DNA of 64,000 nt from a virus (IMGVR_UViG_3300049919_000118:1262-65261); one strand, 5' to 3'; shown: positions 46,991 to 58,360, numbered from the stretch's first letter. Notes: generated by a model not told the origin, from the letters alone. Made by a program: numbers and translations.

Positions 46991-47020
46991 AAGGGCTTGA
47001 GCGATTAAGCCCAAGCCCTT
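46991..47020 (-). terminator. Intrinsic terminator after the major capsid gene
   Basis: aagggcttg-agcgattaagcc-caagccctt with a T-run on the - strand. Confidence 0.7.
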
Positions 47021-47031
47021 CCGGTTATACA

Positions 47032-49059
47032 TTATGGCTCTGTGCAGGTTACGGTGACTGAGGCAGTTCCGGCATAAGCATCATTCTTGAATGCCACGTT
47101 GACACTAGTGATCTGATAGTAGAAACGATCAAGATCAACAGCCTGAATGGTTCCAGCGATTGTTCCAAGCGGTGCTCCAGCAGCGTTTTTGTAAACCACG
47201 GAAACATCATCTGTAACATCACAGTTGGCGAGCGAATCGTCCAACAGGAATCCAACAACACGCTGAAGCGCACCATTAGAGTCAAGGATGTCGAACGAAT
47301 CAATGACGTTGCCTTGCAGCGGATTTGCGTCAGCACAAGCGATACCCTTGATGCACTCACCGGCGGCAAGAGCCGTAGTGGTTTGCACGAAGTATTTCGC
47401 GTATGGGAACGACTGGACATCCGAGGTGTAGATACCTTGGATCTGACGAAGATACAATCCTGTTGGACCATACACATACAGATTGACGGCAGAGCCACAA
47501 GCGCATCCAAGCGAATTGAAGTCTGGCATATTGGGCTTGCGCTCAATAGACACAGTATAACGGAATGGCGCGGTCAATGTATTGCCACAGCTTGCGGCTG
47601 TGCATGTCACATAGGTCGGACCTTCAGGCATTGTGATGTCATCAGTCTCGCGGCGCTTATTATCTCCACAGCCGACGCCTGTGATTGCACAGTCAACACC
47701 GTTAGCTTCAACGGTAAAGATTGGCGCAAGGTCACACTCGTTGATTGGGCGCATCGGGAAGATCCGACGGCGGAACAAGAACATGGTAGCAGCAGCAGGG
47801 TCATCCATGCGCACACCCATTTCATAATCCTTCTGAGAGAAGGGCTTATTAAGATCTTTGTTACACGTTGCATCATAATCATTTCGGATTCTCCATCCAC
47901 TGTCGCCAGTGATTGGAAGGATTGGGAAGCCAGCGCCAGACTCAGTTAGCGGTGGGCGAGTAAGGATCGTTCCTTGCTTGCCTGACACGCATCCAGCAAT
48001 GCCGAACGGAGCGTTCTCAAACTCAACAGATCCCATGTATTCCTTGCCAACCTCGATGTCAACACCAACGTGGGAATCGACAGGGACGATACGACCATCA
48101 GTGGTAGGTGCATAGCGTGGAAGCCACGGCATGATACGCGGAGCAAAGTTGCCAACGACTTCACGTTCGCCTTCAGCATATAGAGTTCCAGCAAACAGTT
48201 TATTAGGCATGGTGAGCTTTAGCTTCTCCATGTAATCTGGGTCGCGAATTGCCTCAGCATCATACCAGTCATCTGGATACCAGAACTCATAGATGTTTTC
48301 ACCGCGAGGGCCTTTCGCAGCTTCGTTACCTTTCGGGAATTGACCCCAATAACGAGCAAGCCCTTGCATCGTATCGACTGTAAGCGGAGCGATGAGGTTG
48401 AGATTGTCCGGTGCAGGGAAGCGCTCTTCCATATAGTTGAACAATCCAGCGCGCAGAGGGTTGCGAGGATCAGAGCTTCCAACAAGCTTAAGCTGTCCAT
48501 TAGAATCACGATAGCCTTGCATGGTAATCTTATTACCAGCGGTTTGAATTCCGGCCATGGTGTAGAACATATTCATGATCTGCTCGTCAGCCAATTCACG
48601 GGCGCGAATCACGCGAGATGCCCACCATTTGAAATCACGGATGTGGCGGATGTTAGCAATACAATCACGCTGAGTCTCAAGGCCATGCTTGTAAAACACG
48701 AATGGCTTCATGGTTCCTCGGCCACCTTCAGGAATCTGGCAACGGTCTCGGTCGCACTCATTCGCAAGGTTAGGGTCGCAGATCGCGGATTGGCGAACAA
48801 AGTGCGAGAAGGTGAATGGGATGTGTGGATCTGTGTGATACTCACGGATCTGATCCATACCTTGGCCATCTGGCCAAACCTCTTTACCAAGCAGGCCACC
48901 AAAGTAATTGTATGCCCCGAGTGGATTATGGACCATGCGCTCTTCAACCTTTTCGTTGAACATCACATTTGTGTAAGAAGCCGTTACAAGTTCTGAGACT
49001 TGGTTAGGCTGGCGGAAATCGCATCCCGCTAGGATTGCGGCGTATTCTTCGTTTGTCAT
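47032..49059 (-). CDS. Major capsid protein with C-terminal extension
   Basis: Follows portal and scaffold, followed by a terminator; 675 aa. Confidence 0.7.
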   Translation of the reverse strand: MTNEEYAAILAGCDFRQPNQVSELVTASYTNVMFNEKVEERMVHNPLGAYNYFGGLLGKEVWPDGQGMDQIREYHTDPHIPFTFSHFVRQSAICDPNLANECDRDRCQIPEGGRGTMKPFVFYKHGLETQRDCIANIRHIRDFKWWASRVIRARELADEQIMNMFYTMAGIQTAGNKITMQGYRDSNGQLKLVGSSDPRNPLRAGLFNYMEERFPAPDNLNLIAPLTVDTMQGLARYWGQFPKGNEAAKGPRGENIYEFWYPDDWYDAEAIRDPDYMEKLKLTMPNKLFAGTLYAEGEREVVGNFAPRIMPWLPRYAPTTDGRIVPVDSHVGVDIEVGKEYMGSVEFENAPFGIAGCVSGKQGTILTRPPLTESGAGFPILPITGDSGWRIRNDYDATCNKDLNKPFSQKDYEMGVRMDDPAAATMFLFRRRIFPMRPINECDLAPIFTVEANGVDCAITGVGCGDNKRRETDDITMPEGPTYVTCTAASCGNTLTAPFRYTVSIERKPNMPDFNSLGCACGSAVNLYVYGPTGLYLRQIQGIYTSDVQSFPYAKYFVQTTTALAAGECIKGIACADANPLQGNVIDSFDILDSNGALQRVVGFLLDDSLANCDVTDDVSVVYKNAAGAPLGTIAGTIQAVDLDRFYYQITSVNVAFKNDAYAGTASVTVTCTEP

Positions 49060-49257
49060 TTGTTTATTCCTTTAAAGCTGATCTACCGTATCGGTAAATA
49101 ATATTATCTATTCATGATGTTCGCCAGTCCATCAAAAGTGATAAGGCATTCTTCAAAGAAGGAACCAAGCCATGGTTCACAGATGCGTAGGCACGCTTCT
49201 TACTTCACTATTGACACACCCTAGACTCAGATTAAGGGTGTGTCAATTATTATTTCA

Positions 49258-50409
49258 CTACAAATAGTAGTCGGCACCATACTTGCCGGTAACTTTATCT
49301 TTCTCTGGAAACCTATCATTCTTCGTTAGGCCATTCCGCTCACCCTTTTCATGGCTAGCCTTGAATTGCCTCAGCTCTGCAAGCTCATCTTTGTATAGAT
49401 CCCACAATCGAGACTTAACTCCGCGCTGAAGAATCTTGTCGTATGTCGGAACATCTTTGCCTTCACGCAGATCCTCGCCGAACTTGAACTCTTCACTGAA
49501 CATCTTACTGACATCATCATCCTCAATGAAATCTGGTGACTCGAACTCTTGGAACGCCTTGGATGCAAGCTCAACGCGCTTGCGCTTCATTGCCTTCGAT
49601 TGAGTCGCGCTGGTCTCTTCATTTTCCCTAGCCCTTGATTCTTCAATCTCTTTCTTCTTAGTCTTCCAGTTCGTGTAAGCATCCTTCAGGCCATCACGCT
49701 TTGAGTTGAACTCACGTATAGACTTCATCAGATCAGTGACACTAGGCAAGATCGGCTCTTCACCTGACTCCTCCCTGAATGCCTTGGCGAACTTGAACAA
49801 CGCCGACTTAACCTCAATGCCATTAAGCTCAGCCTCACCAGTTAGATACTCATTGAATGCCTTGGTTGAGTTAGGAGCTATCACCTTATCGCCATCAAGG
49901 TTCGCGAACTCAAGATACAATGATTGTAGCGCATCACCGTAAGGCTTTTCAAAGCTGGCCTTAAAGTCATCGCTGTATCTAATATCAATCTCTGATACCT
50001 TCTTCTCTTTTTCTTCAAGCTCCTTGGCCAATAAGTTAATCTTATTTTCCGAGTCCTTGTAGGAGGATAGAAACTCTTCGATGAACTCCTTGGTTACTGG
50101 GCCGTTAGCCTTCTCGATAATCAAATCAAAGATTGGCTTTACGGCGTCAGGGTCGCTCTCTCCAAAGATTGAAGATAGCCGCTTGTTTTTCTCGCGCTCT
50201 TCATCTCTTTGCTTTCTAAGTATCCCAAGGGACTCTTCTGGCGTGGCTCCCTTTTTCTTTTTATCCCTTTGAAATATAGGGGACTCTTCCTCTTTTGGCT
50301 TTGTGTCATCGGGCTTATCTTTGATTGGCTCATCTTCGACAGCAGGCGGCCTAGGCGTAACATTGCCAAGATCCTCAAAAAACCTTGATGCTTCTTCTTC
50401 TTGATTCAT
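49258..50409 (-). CDS. Capsid scaffolding protein
   Basis: Highly charged coiled-coil protein between portal and capsid. Confidence 0.65.
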   Translation of the reverse strand: MNQEEEASRFFEDLGNVTPRPPAVEDEPIKDKPDDTKPKEEESPIFQRDKKKKGATPEESLGILRKQRDEEREKNKRLSSIFGESDPDAVKPIFDLIIEKANGPVTKEFIEEFLSSYKDSENKINLLAKELEEKEKKVSEIDIRYSDDFKASFEKPYGDALQSLYLEFANLDGDKVIAPNSTKAFNEYLTGEAELNGIEVKSALFKFAKAFREESGEEPILPSVTDLMKSIREFNSKRDGLKDAYTNWKTKKKEIEESRARENEETSATQSKAMKRKRVELASKAFQEFESPDFIEDDDVSKMFSEEFKFGEDLREGKDVPTYDKILQRGVKSRLWDLYKDELAELRQFKASHEKGERNGLTKNDRFPEKDKVTGKYGADYYL

Positions 50410-50672
50410 AATTCACCTCCCGACAAGTCTTCATCTTCGACAGCTTCACATCTCGTAATCGAGAAATCAATAGCATCCTGATACGCCTTGATCTTGGCTA
50501 GCTGAGTTCTACATTGCTGGTCATTCAATGTCTCAGGATTATACCTCCTGATTTCATTAAAGATCAGAAGACTCATCACCCTCTTAAACTCAGCACCACC
50601 TAATGTTTGCCAAAACTTCGGATCAGCTTCCTCAGTTGGTATCCCTCTTTCGTTGTATATATTATTGTCCAT
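50406..50672 (-). CDS. Hypothetical protein
   Basis: Small gene between portal and scaffold. Confidence 0.7.
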   Translation of the reverse strand: MDNNIYNERGIPTEEADPKFWQTLGGAEFKRVMSLLIFNEIRRYNPETLNDQQCRTQLAKIKAYQDAIDFSITRCEAVEDEDLSGGEL

Positions 50673-52983
50673 CTGTCATTGATTTTAATTCTATCTCTCT
50701 CAGCCTTGCTTGGTGATTGAGATCCATTTGCTTATACCGTTGCTCAGTTCTTTGCTGGGCAATCCAATCTTTTCTCTGTGTATCTGAGAGTGTCTTAGCA
50801 TTGTTGTTGGCTATTTCAGCTTCAGTCTTAGGATCAAGAACAAGCTTCTGCTGCTCTTCCTGAGCCGCTTGCATCTCTTGTTCAGCGGCAGACTTAATAT
50901 TATTTTTAGCTGTATTGATTTCAGACAGCGCGACCTCATACTCTTTAGCCTTTGAGTTGTAGATTGGATCTTCCATTAACATCTGCCAATGCTGCAAACA
51001 ATGAGGCAGTATGTTCTCAAGATACTTGAATGCGTCAATGGTTCTAATCGCACCCTGCTGAACACCCCGTATAACACGTGCAGACTTAGTGATATGAGAA
51101 TCAAGGTGAACGATATGATCGTCAGTCCCAGATACTATGACTTCATTTGTGGTGAAGAACATGTCATTCTCGAATGCAGCAACACGCTCATCCTGAAGGT
51201 TCGTGTTCTTATCAGCTGTCAATGGAACGGCCAAGTTCACCTCTTCTATCGGAAGACCCTTGGCAACTAAGAACATTCTTTTCAGTCTGTTGCGGGCGAA
51301 TGGGGTCTCAGCCATTTGCATCGCGATGGTAAGGGTTTCCATATTACCAACGATTGGCTCCATAGAGAAAGAATCAATAGCTCCAAGAACTTTATTAACG
51401 TCAGCGTCAGTCTCGATAAAGGATACAGCCTTCTTGACTGCATCATAGAACATCTTCTTTCCATCATACCCAGGATCAGACTCAATCGTCTTTACAGATG
51501 GAAGCCTTTTCAGCACGGAAAGGAATGTATTGGAATAATCCCTGAACTTGATGGCGTTCTTGGCAGAGTCAGTCATTTCAATCTCTGACGTAACTCTATT
51601 AACCTCGCTCTTGTTTGGCCTAGTGGTCAACCTTCCCTGAATACTGGGGTCAAATTGCTGGGTATCTCTACCGAATTCATTCTCCTCAAACTGAAGAACA
51701 CTTATGTGGGAGCCGATATCAAACGACGGCTGCTTCTCGATTAGGTTGTGAGACGCTGGCAGCAATACAAATCCCTGACTGACTGTGACCTTGAACTTAT
51801 CACCGGAACCCGTATTGCTCTGCTCGAACATCGGCGCACCAATGAATTGCATCTTGTTTCCTATGCCATTCCTAAGCCTGTTATACCTAATAGAATCCTC
51901 AACGGAATACTTAGCTATCCCCCTAAGATCTTGAATGCTTGGGCTATCAACGGTAAACCCCGAATCTCTTATAAGAGTGATATGCTTTGATTGATTATAC
52001 TTACCATGGCTCTTGGTATAAATAATATTATTTACCTCAGAGATCGAGTTGGTCTTTTGATTGGCCCATGAGTTATCATAGGTGATGTATGTTTCTGTTA
52101 GGGTCCCATCTATCTCCTTGTTGAAGATCTTGGCTATATTAACACTGTCAGTCTGAGATATTACTGACGATGAATCGCTAACATAATCAGGTATAACTTG
52201 CTCCCATGACTCAGCGATGTTTCCATTTGAAAGCTTTCCCCTGTAAGCTTTGAGCAATACTTCCTCTAGCGCCGCAATGTTCCACCCTGACGATGCTATC
52301 GCATGGACTTCACCATCCTCATCCGTCGATTTGATCTTTTCATTGCGACCTGTAATCCACCTATCATATAGATCCATTGCGTCAACAGTCTGGAACGTGA
52401 TCCATGTATTGATTGAGTCCGGCCTAGTCTTTGGTCTGAATACAATACTAAGCGGAGGCGTAGGTGTGGGCATCCAATCGAATTCGCTGAACACTAATGC
52501 GCAATAACCGAAAGCGTAAGTAGGGTATTCAATCTCATTGAGCCATCCTGTAAGCCTTGGCTCTTTGGCCATGGTTGAGTAGAGCGCGTATCCAATGGCA
52601 CCAGCCACAATCCCTCTAAGCTCATTGTTGTCAAGGAACTTTAAGATGCCGTCCTTCAAGTCTGAATCCTTACCCTCTCTGAATGTGACATAACCAAGAG
52701 CTAAAGACGCTGAGATCTTAGCTGTCGAATCAGCAACTCCCTTCTCGATCTTGGCTGAAGCCTTGTTGTAGTTATAATTATACGACCAAGCCATACCCAT
52801 CTTCTTAAGCTTGTCAGGCGGAAGCGGCTTCTCTCCTGAGATATGCTTCTGGCAAGCGCGTATTACACTGTGATACTCAGCATGTGATTCAAGCGCATTA
52901 TCAACCAAGCTTCTAGCTATGGTGCTATTGCTGATATAGTTTGATGTTGGAAGCTTTAGAAGCTCTTTAGATAAATTACTCAT
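50662..52983 (-). CDS. Portal protein
   Basis: 773 aa after terminase; DDHIVHLDSH motif and Gln-rich helical C-terminal barrel. Confidence 0.75.
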   Translation of the reverse strand: MSNLSKELLKLPTSNYISNSTIARSLVDNALESHAEYHSVIRACQKHISGEKPLPPDKLKKMGMAWSYNYNYNKASAKIEKGVADSTAKISASLALGYVTFREGKDSDLKDGILKFLDNNELRGIVAGAIGYALYSTMAKEPRLTGWLNEIEYPTYAFGYCALVFSEFDWMPTPTPPLSIVFRPKTRPDSINTWITFQTVDAMDLYDRWITGRNEKIKSTDEDGEVHAIASSGWNIAALEEVLLKAYRGKLSNGNIAESWEQVIPDYVSDSSSVISQTDSVNIAKIFNKEIDGTLTETYITYDNSWANQKTNSISEVNNIIYTKSHGKYNQSKHITLIRDSGFTVDSPSIQDLRGIAKYSVEDSIRYNRLRNGIGNKMQFIGAPMFEQSNTGSGDKFKVTVSQGFVLLPASHNLIEKQPSFDIGSHISVLQFEENEFGRDTQQFDPSIQGRLTTRPNKSEVNRVTSEIEMTDSAKNAIKFRDYSNTFLSVLKRLPSVKTIESDPGYDGKKMFYDAVKKAVSFIETDADVNKVLGAIDSFSMEPIVGNMETLTIAMQMAETPFARNRLKRMFLVAKGLPIEEVNLAVPLTADKNTNLQDERVAAFENDMFFTTNEVIVSGTDDHIVHLDSHITKSARVIRGVQQGAIRTIDAFKYLENILPHCLQHWQMLMEDPIYNSKAKEYEVALSEINTAKNNIKSAAEQEMQAAQEEQQKLVLDPKTEAEIANNNAKTLSDTQRKDWIAQQRTEQRYKQMDLNHQARLREIELKSMTDGQ

Positions 52984-53536
52984 TTGTGTAGTTAGTTGAA
53001 CTTCTATTTAACCAGCAAACATCTGGACGCCTACTGTTCTCCTTGTCAGATTCATCATGGAAGTCAGCTCTTTTTGTTACAACCATCAAGGCTAATGCGC
53101 AACTGCATACACCGCAATACGATTGTGACACAGTGCTTGGTATGGCAACCTGAAGTCCCTTGCTTGATCTTATCGAATTGGCCCAGTTGGAAATCTTGCC
53201 AGCAGCGCCACATGACGAGCATCCACCTATCAGAGAGATAAGCGGACAGCCTTCACATATAGCAGACCGCCTCATCAACTCCTCATTGCTGACAGATGAT
53301 CCAGCTATGCTCTTAATTAAAGCCATAGCGCCAGTGGCGGCTTGACCTAGTGTTAGCTTCTTTGGTTTACTCAGCAACTTGGATTGCCTATCAATGCTAT
53401 TCGATATAGATTGCCTATCAAAACTAAAATTATTTTCACGGTAGAATGCTTCTATCCTTGATAGCATAACAGCCTTATCAGAAGAATCAAACTTCTGAAG
53501 CTTTCCGTTTAGGACTACTGCATAAATGTATTTCAT
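52976..53536 (-). CDS. Cys-rich hypothetical protein
   Basis: R..ICEGCP, CSSC, CGVCSC and CW motifs. Confidence 0.75.
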   Translation of the reverse strand: MKYIYAVVLNGKLQKFDSSDKAVMLSRIEAFYRENNFSFDRQSISNSIDRQSKLLSKPKKLTLGQAATGAMALIKSIAGSSVSNEELMRRSAICEGCPLISLIGGCSSCGAAGKISNWANSIRSSKGLQVAIPSTVSQSYCGVCSCALALMVVTKRADFHDESDKENSRRPDVCWLNRSSTNYTNE

Positions 53537-55656
53537 GAAATCATATCTAACTCCCATAAAGAACTATGATCCTCGTGATCCTCGTTCTTCTCTTCTCCTG
53601 AGATGAAGCTATCATCGCCATCTAGCGGGGTCAATGGCAATCTCCTAAACATCAACATATACCAAGCCATCTCGAATAGGCAATCGAGGAGATCTGGTGA
53701 AAATCCATACTGCTTCTTGAAGTCTTGCTTGCTCTCCAAGTGGAACCTTGAACCATAGGTGGCGGAGTTCTTCATCCTATACCTGCGATAGTAAAGCTCT
53801 TCCTCGAGAGATCGCTCCCCGTTCATGAACTTAACCAATGATTCATTGATACCCCTCACCCTGCCAGCCTTGATGTATTGCTGTAATGCCCATGCACCAA
53901 GGCTAATCATATTCTCTGCAACATGATGAGCGCAGACCTTCCCCTTTGGCAGGTCATTCTTAAAGTCTAGATCTATGTCAAGCTTTATGACCTTCTCCAC
54001 CCTACCCGTATGCTTATCCCTTCTGGTTCCATCAGGAACCCCAACATTGTATATCAACTTCCTAACCAAGAAGCCCTTACTAAGCAACATCTCTGCGTGC
54101 GCAGGCCTCCCAGTCCAGTCAACAACGGCATTGCCAGATGTCACACCGTTCTTCTTTGCTATCTCAAGCAACTGATTTGAAGACTCAGTGTAATACTTAA
54201 TGCTCTCAGTTGACTTGACCAGCGGTATAACCGAGTGCGGACCAAACACCCTTTGCTTAGTGATTGAGCATATACCCTCCTTACCTATGACGCACAGATT
54301 TCTATCCAACTCAGCCTGAGCTGAGTCAAAGGCGAACATGGTATGAGTAACTCTATCCAATACCAATGGTGAATCAGCTAGGTTCTCCTTAACCAAGGTC
54401 TCGAAAATAACATTATTTTCTCCGGTCTCTGGGACTCTGAAGCCAACCCAGAAGCGCCTATATGATATGTTGGCATTAGTCCTGTTCTTCTTTTCGGGGT
54501 AGTTCTTATCAAGGGTCTTTTGGCTTGGTAAATGAGGGAATCTTTTATGCCCCTCATCCGTCATGCCCGGACTTAGATTGTTGTTGAAGTGCAGGACTAT
54601 TGCTTTTGAACCATTCTCGGTAGTGGAGACCCACTCTCCTGTTGATTCATCCACGGAATCCCATCCACCATCTGGCTTAATGTTGCTGGCCAGAGTATCA
54701 TTGTTTTCACCGTAGTTGCCCGCACCAATAATACGGTAATCCTTGGCGTGCATCGTGTAGTTTGGCGCAGCAAGGATTGGAGGATTGGGCGTTGATTGTA
54801 ATTCGTCCAGAATATACAGAACAAACGGGTGCCCGTGCGAACCAGTCAGCTTATCAATGATGGATTGGTTGTTCATCTGGTTTCCAATCAGGATTCCCTT
54901 GAACACACCACCTTTATCCTTGTTTCCCGGCCTAGCAAGGGTGTGATCCCCGGCAATCCTAGCTCTTCCAGCGTATAAAGACACACCGCCCTGGGTTGAA
55001 GAGTTCAAATTACACAGATACGCCCAGCCAACAGAGTCAAGCTTGTCCCTGTTGACCGTTGATAGCATACACCTCGCGCCCTTCTGGGTAAATATGAAGT
55101 AATCAAAGATCATCAGGCTAACAGCCAGACAAACAAGGGTCTTTCCCTGCCCTCCACCACCAAAAAGCATGACATACTTCTTGGTTTCGTTGGAAATAGC
55201 AGCAACTCTGCGCTCTGCCCACGGATCTCTTATGAATAATCCACGATGTTGGCCATCTTCCCCTATAATTGTGGGCCATCGCAGCTCTCCAGCGGCAAAC
55301 ATGAAGTCAGTTCGCGTGATTCCATATAATTCCCTAGTAGCAGCAAGATCATTCGCTAGAAAGTCATGCCCAGCTAGCGGCTCTTTCACATGAAGCTCTC
55401 TAAGAATGGAGATCTCCATGTCCAAAAGCTTATAATAGTTAAGCCAAATGAAAATAGTTAGGTCATATTGATACCTGAATGGATTCGGAACGTATTCGGT
55501 TGAGTATGGCTTGCTGTTATGTGCGCCAGAGGCGTAGAAATCAGCGTGATACTTAACCAAGCACTTCAATCCATACAGGTATATCGTATCTATCCCAGAA
55601 GAGTGGGCCTCTAGCGCCTTATTGAACCATGTAGATCCTATGTGATTATGGTTCAT
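53533..55656 (-). CDS. terL: Terminase large subunit
   Basis: Walker A GGGGQGKT, Walker B YILDE, GAGN coupling motif, nuclease FAFD..SPDLLD. Confidence 0.85.
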   Translation of the reverse strand: MNHNHIGSTWFNKALEAHSSGIDTIYLYGLKCLVKYHADFYASGAHNSKPYSTEYVPNPFRYQYDLTIFIWLNYYKLLDMEISILRELHVKEPLAGHDFLANDLAATRELYGITRTDFMFAAGELRWPTIIGEDGQHRGLFIRDPWAERRVAAISNETKKYVMLFGGGGQGKTLVCLAVSLMIFDYFIFTQKGARCMLSTVNRDKLDSVGWAYLCNLNSSTQGGVSLYAGRARIAGDHTLARPGNKDKGGVFKGILIGNQMNNQSIIDKLTGSHGHPFVLYILDELQSTPNPPILAAPNYTMHAKDYRIIGAGNYGENNDTLASNIKPDGGWDSVDESTGEWVSTTENGSKAIVLHFNNNLSPGMTDEGHKRFPHLPSQKTLDKNYPEKKNRTNANISYRRFWVGFRVPETGENNVIFETLVKENLADSPLVLDRVTHTMFAFDSAQAELDRNLCVIGKEGICSITKQRVFGPHSVIPLVKSTESIKYYTESSNQLLEIAKKNGVTSGNAVVDWTGRPAHAEMLLSKGFLVRKLIYNVGVPDGTRRDKHTGRVEKVIKLDIDLDFKNDLPKGKVCAHHVAENMISLGAWALQQYIKAGRVRGINESLVKFMNGERSLEEELYYRRYRMKNSATYGSRFHLESKQDFKKQYGFSPDLLDCLFEMAWYMLMFRRLPLTPLDGDDSFISGEEKNEDHEDHSSLWELDMIS

Positions 55657-55666
55657 GCGAATAATA

Positions 55667-56104
55667 TTATTTAATGTCGCTGTGCTTGATGGGCGATTCG
55701 CTGTAAGGCATATTATTTTGATAGCCGGTTCTTTCCATGCTTTCTAAATATCTTGTGAATTCACTTAATGTTATCGCGCCCTTTGGCTCATTCATGCGAG
55801 TCCTGCCTTCTGATTCTCTGTGAGCCTTGCCCTCTGCCGCATCTTCTTCTTTCTGCCTAGCGTCACATTCGCGGCATGAAGCTTCGCTTCCGCCGGGCTT
55901 CGTCTGGCAACCCTTAAGCCTTGCGATCTCATCTTGGATATACCAAGCGGCTTTCTGAAGATCTTCAATCGGACAGCCTTTTTCTCCGCGCCTCCAAATA
56001 TACTTGATCGCGTTACCGCAATTGAAGTTTTCGTGGCGCGTGATTTCAATGCACTCAACCTTGGACGGATGAGACTTATAGTGATCTGGATTAATTTTAC
56101 TCAT
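55667..56104 (-). CDS. DUF3310 (T7 gp1.7-like) protein
   Basis: NPDHY..ECIE..GNAIKYIWR..K..EDLQKAAWY. Confidence 0.85.
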   Translation of the reverse strand: MSKINPDHYKSHPSKVECIEITRHENFNCGNAIKYIWRRGEKGCPIEDLQKAAWYIQDEIARLKGCQTKPGGSEASCRECDARQKEEDAAEGKAHRESEGRTRMNEPKGAITLSEFTRYLESMERTGYQNNMPYSESPIKHSDIK

Positions 56105-57162
56105 GATGATATTTTTACTAGCGCAAGCCATCGCCCGCTTCCTTCGCAGTTCCCAACATTCACCTTTAGGTGGCCATTGTTGTGATCCGCCGTAACAGAA
56201 ACTGTCGGTGGCCCAACTGATAAGAACGCTATATTATCAAACGTCTTTGTCAACACCTCTTGCGAAAAGAATGTGGAGCCGGGAGTTGTCCAGTGACTCT
56301 TGTAACAAATGGAAGAGTATCTCCATGACGCAACCTGATCGCCTGAAGAACGCAAAATAATATTAATTTCTATGAGAGATGAATTGATCGGCAGCTTGAT
56401 CGTTCCGTCTGGCGGCGTGAGCGATGGGTTAATTGCCATCGTCACGACAGTAGATCCGAATGACTCAGCCTGAAGGATGAATTGACCGACCTGCTTACCA
56501 CCGTTGCCGGAGCCTGAATTAATGCTGTCGCCGCCATGAATGAATGAAGCCGGAGCGCCAAGATCTTCAGCGGTGTGGCCAATCCCCGATGAGCATTCAC
56601 CTGACATTATTACACCGCCTCCGCCAATGCACGATGATGACCTCCCGGAAGACACGGCGTTTTCACCAATAGAGCACGAGTATTCTCCAGATGCTCGATT
56701 CTGAGATGATGCGCATGAGAACGAATATGAGCCATTTGTTACGTTTGCAGATCCAGAGTTCAGGGCTTTCAGGTCAACCGAGAATGGCCCTCTCACATTA
56801 TCCGTGAATGGGGGTTTCTGACCAACGGTCGGTATCGACATGGCGATACTAGCTATGCCTTTTGGATAAAGAACAAAGTGAACGTCATCCTCGCCAGCAA
56901 GCTTTGCCTCAAATTTGCAAGATGTCTTGCTGTTAAAGATTACCACAGCAAGGCTGATTGACTCAGAAAAGTAGGTCATTGACGGCGCTGCCGGAACAAC
57001 CGTATCCCACTGAGATGTATCTGTTGGAAGTGTCGATGTAGAGTTCTTGGATACATACACCAAGTTGTTATACTTAACCATGGAATTTGCCGGGTATGCC
57101 CCAGCACTCCACGCTCCCTTCCATACCAACGGCGCAAATCCTTTAATGTCGCTCAGTATCAT
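56101..57162 (-). CDS. Tail fibre / receptor-binding protein (paralog 3)
   Basis: Shared N-terminus LSD.K.F.P.VW.G.W.AG.Y; Ser/Gly beta-roll repeats. Confidence 0.7.
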   Translation of the reverse strand: MILSDIKGFAPLVWKGAWSAGAYPANSMVKYNNLVYVSKNSTSTLPTDTSQWDTVVPAAPSMTYFSESISLAVVIFNSKTSCKFEAKLAGEDDVHFVLYPKGIASIAMSIPTVGQKPPFTDNVRGPFSVDLKALNSGSANVTNGSYSFSCASSQNRASGEYSCSIGENAVSSGRSSSCIGGGGVIMSGECSSGIGHTAEDLGAPASFIHGGDSINSGSGNGGKQVGQFILQAESFGSTVVTMAINPSLTPPDGTIKLPINSSLIEINIILRSSGDQVASWRYSSICYKSHWTTPGSTFFSQEVLTKTFDNIAFLSVGPPTVSVTADHNNGHLKVNVGNCEGSGRWLALVKISS

Positions 57163-58283
57163 GGGGCCATCTCTAGGGTGTTGAGCCTTCCTGTGTAGTA
57201 GGTGTACGTTCCGCCATTAGCGGTTTGGGCCATGAACTTTAACCTGCCATTGGAAGGGTCAATGGAAATAGCCAAGCATACCTGATTTGTTATGATTGAT
57301 GTTTCACCTGTTGTTTCTGGATACCTGAATGTCAGACCGTGTATTGTAGTGCTTGCCGGAGTGGGGCCAGTTTTAAGTATCATACCAGAAAATGACCATC
57401 TGGAAAATACCTCACCGTAAGGCGACACCGGAGAATTCCCCTTGGTCATAAACTCCCCAGAAAATTGAGTAAGCCCAATAGGCGGAAGGTAAGTGTCAAA
57501 CGTTGTCACGGCGTCCCCTCCAATCGTAAGCTCTCTGGAGACATTCGTAACCATCGAATTCCCCGAATGATAAATCAACTGCATGGCCTGACTGGCTCCA
57601 ACGGCATTTGAAAGCATTGACGATGAAGAGTGGACAAACGCATTCGCTAATGTTCTTGCCGTTCCATTCTTTCCAATGACAAGAGATCTCGTCCCGTTTG
57701 CCAAGTTATACTCTCCGAAGCACGTCGATGAAGCACCAGAAGCAATGTTCTTATATCCACCAATACACGCGGAACCAGTTCCAGATGCCGTGTTTGATCT
57801 GCCACCAAGAAGGGTTGCGTATGTCGCTGACGCCACCTCAGTCGCAATCTCTCTAGAAAGCTGAAGATCAACACACGCCTGCCCGCGAACATTACCACCA
57901 ACTGGCGTCTGATCTGGCACACTTGCCATCAAACTGCCAAATCCCTTTGGCTTAAGAACCAAATGAACGTCAGCCTCCGGCGCATACTTTGGAGTGATCT
58001 GGCACGACGGATGATCGTCAATACCTGAAACGTAATTCCCGTTAATATCCACCACAACCGGAGCTGGAATAGAAAGTGATTCCGTGAAGTATAGCAACGA
58101 ACTTGGCGTAACATGCGCAACGTCCCACTGAGATGAATCAGTCGGAATCGTGGCTGTGTTATTCTTCGAGACATAAGCAAGGCCATTGTAGGAAACCATT
58201 GAGTTTGCCGAGTATGTCCCGGCAACCCACGCACCCCTCCACACAGAGGGGTCAAATCTTTTAGTGTCGCTAAGGTTTGACAT
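57159..58283 (-). CDS. Tail fibre / receptor-binding protein (paralog 2)
   Basis: GGNVRG..VDLQ..QVAS-type motif and NTASG repeats. Confidence 0.75.
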   Translation of the reverse strand: MSNLSDTKRFDPSVWRGAWVAGTYSANSMVSYNGLAYVSKNNTATIPTDSSQWDVAHVTPSSLLYFTESLSIPAPVVVDINGNYVSGIDDHPSCQITPKYAPEADVHLVLKPKGFGSLMASVPDQTPVGGNVRGQACVDLQLSREIATEVASATYATLLGGRSNTASGTGSACIGGYKNIASGASSTCFGEYNLANGTRSLVIGKNGTARTLANAFVHSSSSMLSNAVGASQAMQLIYHSGNSMVTNVSRELTIGGDAVTTFDTYLPPIGLTQFSGEFMTKGNSPVSPYGEVFSRWSFSGMILKTGPTPASTTIHGLTFRYPETTGETSIITNQVCLAISIDPSNGRLKFMAQTANGGTYTYYTGRLNTLEMAP

Positions 58284-58297
58284 AATTTTATTTTATA

Positions 58298-58360
58298 AAA
58301 TTTGTTGCGAAGCAACTATAATTAAACTTTGTTTAAATTTGTTGCAAAGCAACTATAATT
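58298..58360. repeat. 26-bp direct repeat containing a GTTGC-(G/A)AA-GCAAC hairpin
   Basis: aaatttgttgcgaagcaactataatt / aaatttgttgcaaagcaactataatt. Confidence 0.75.
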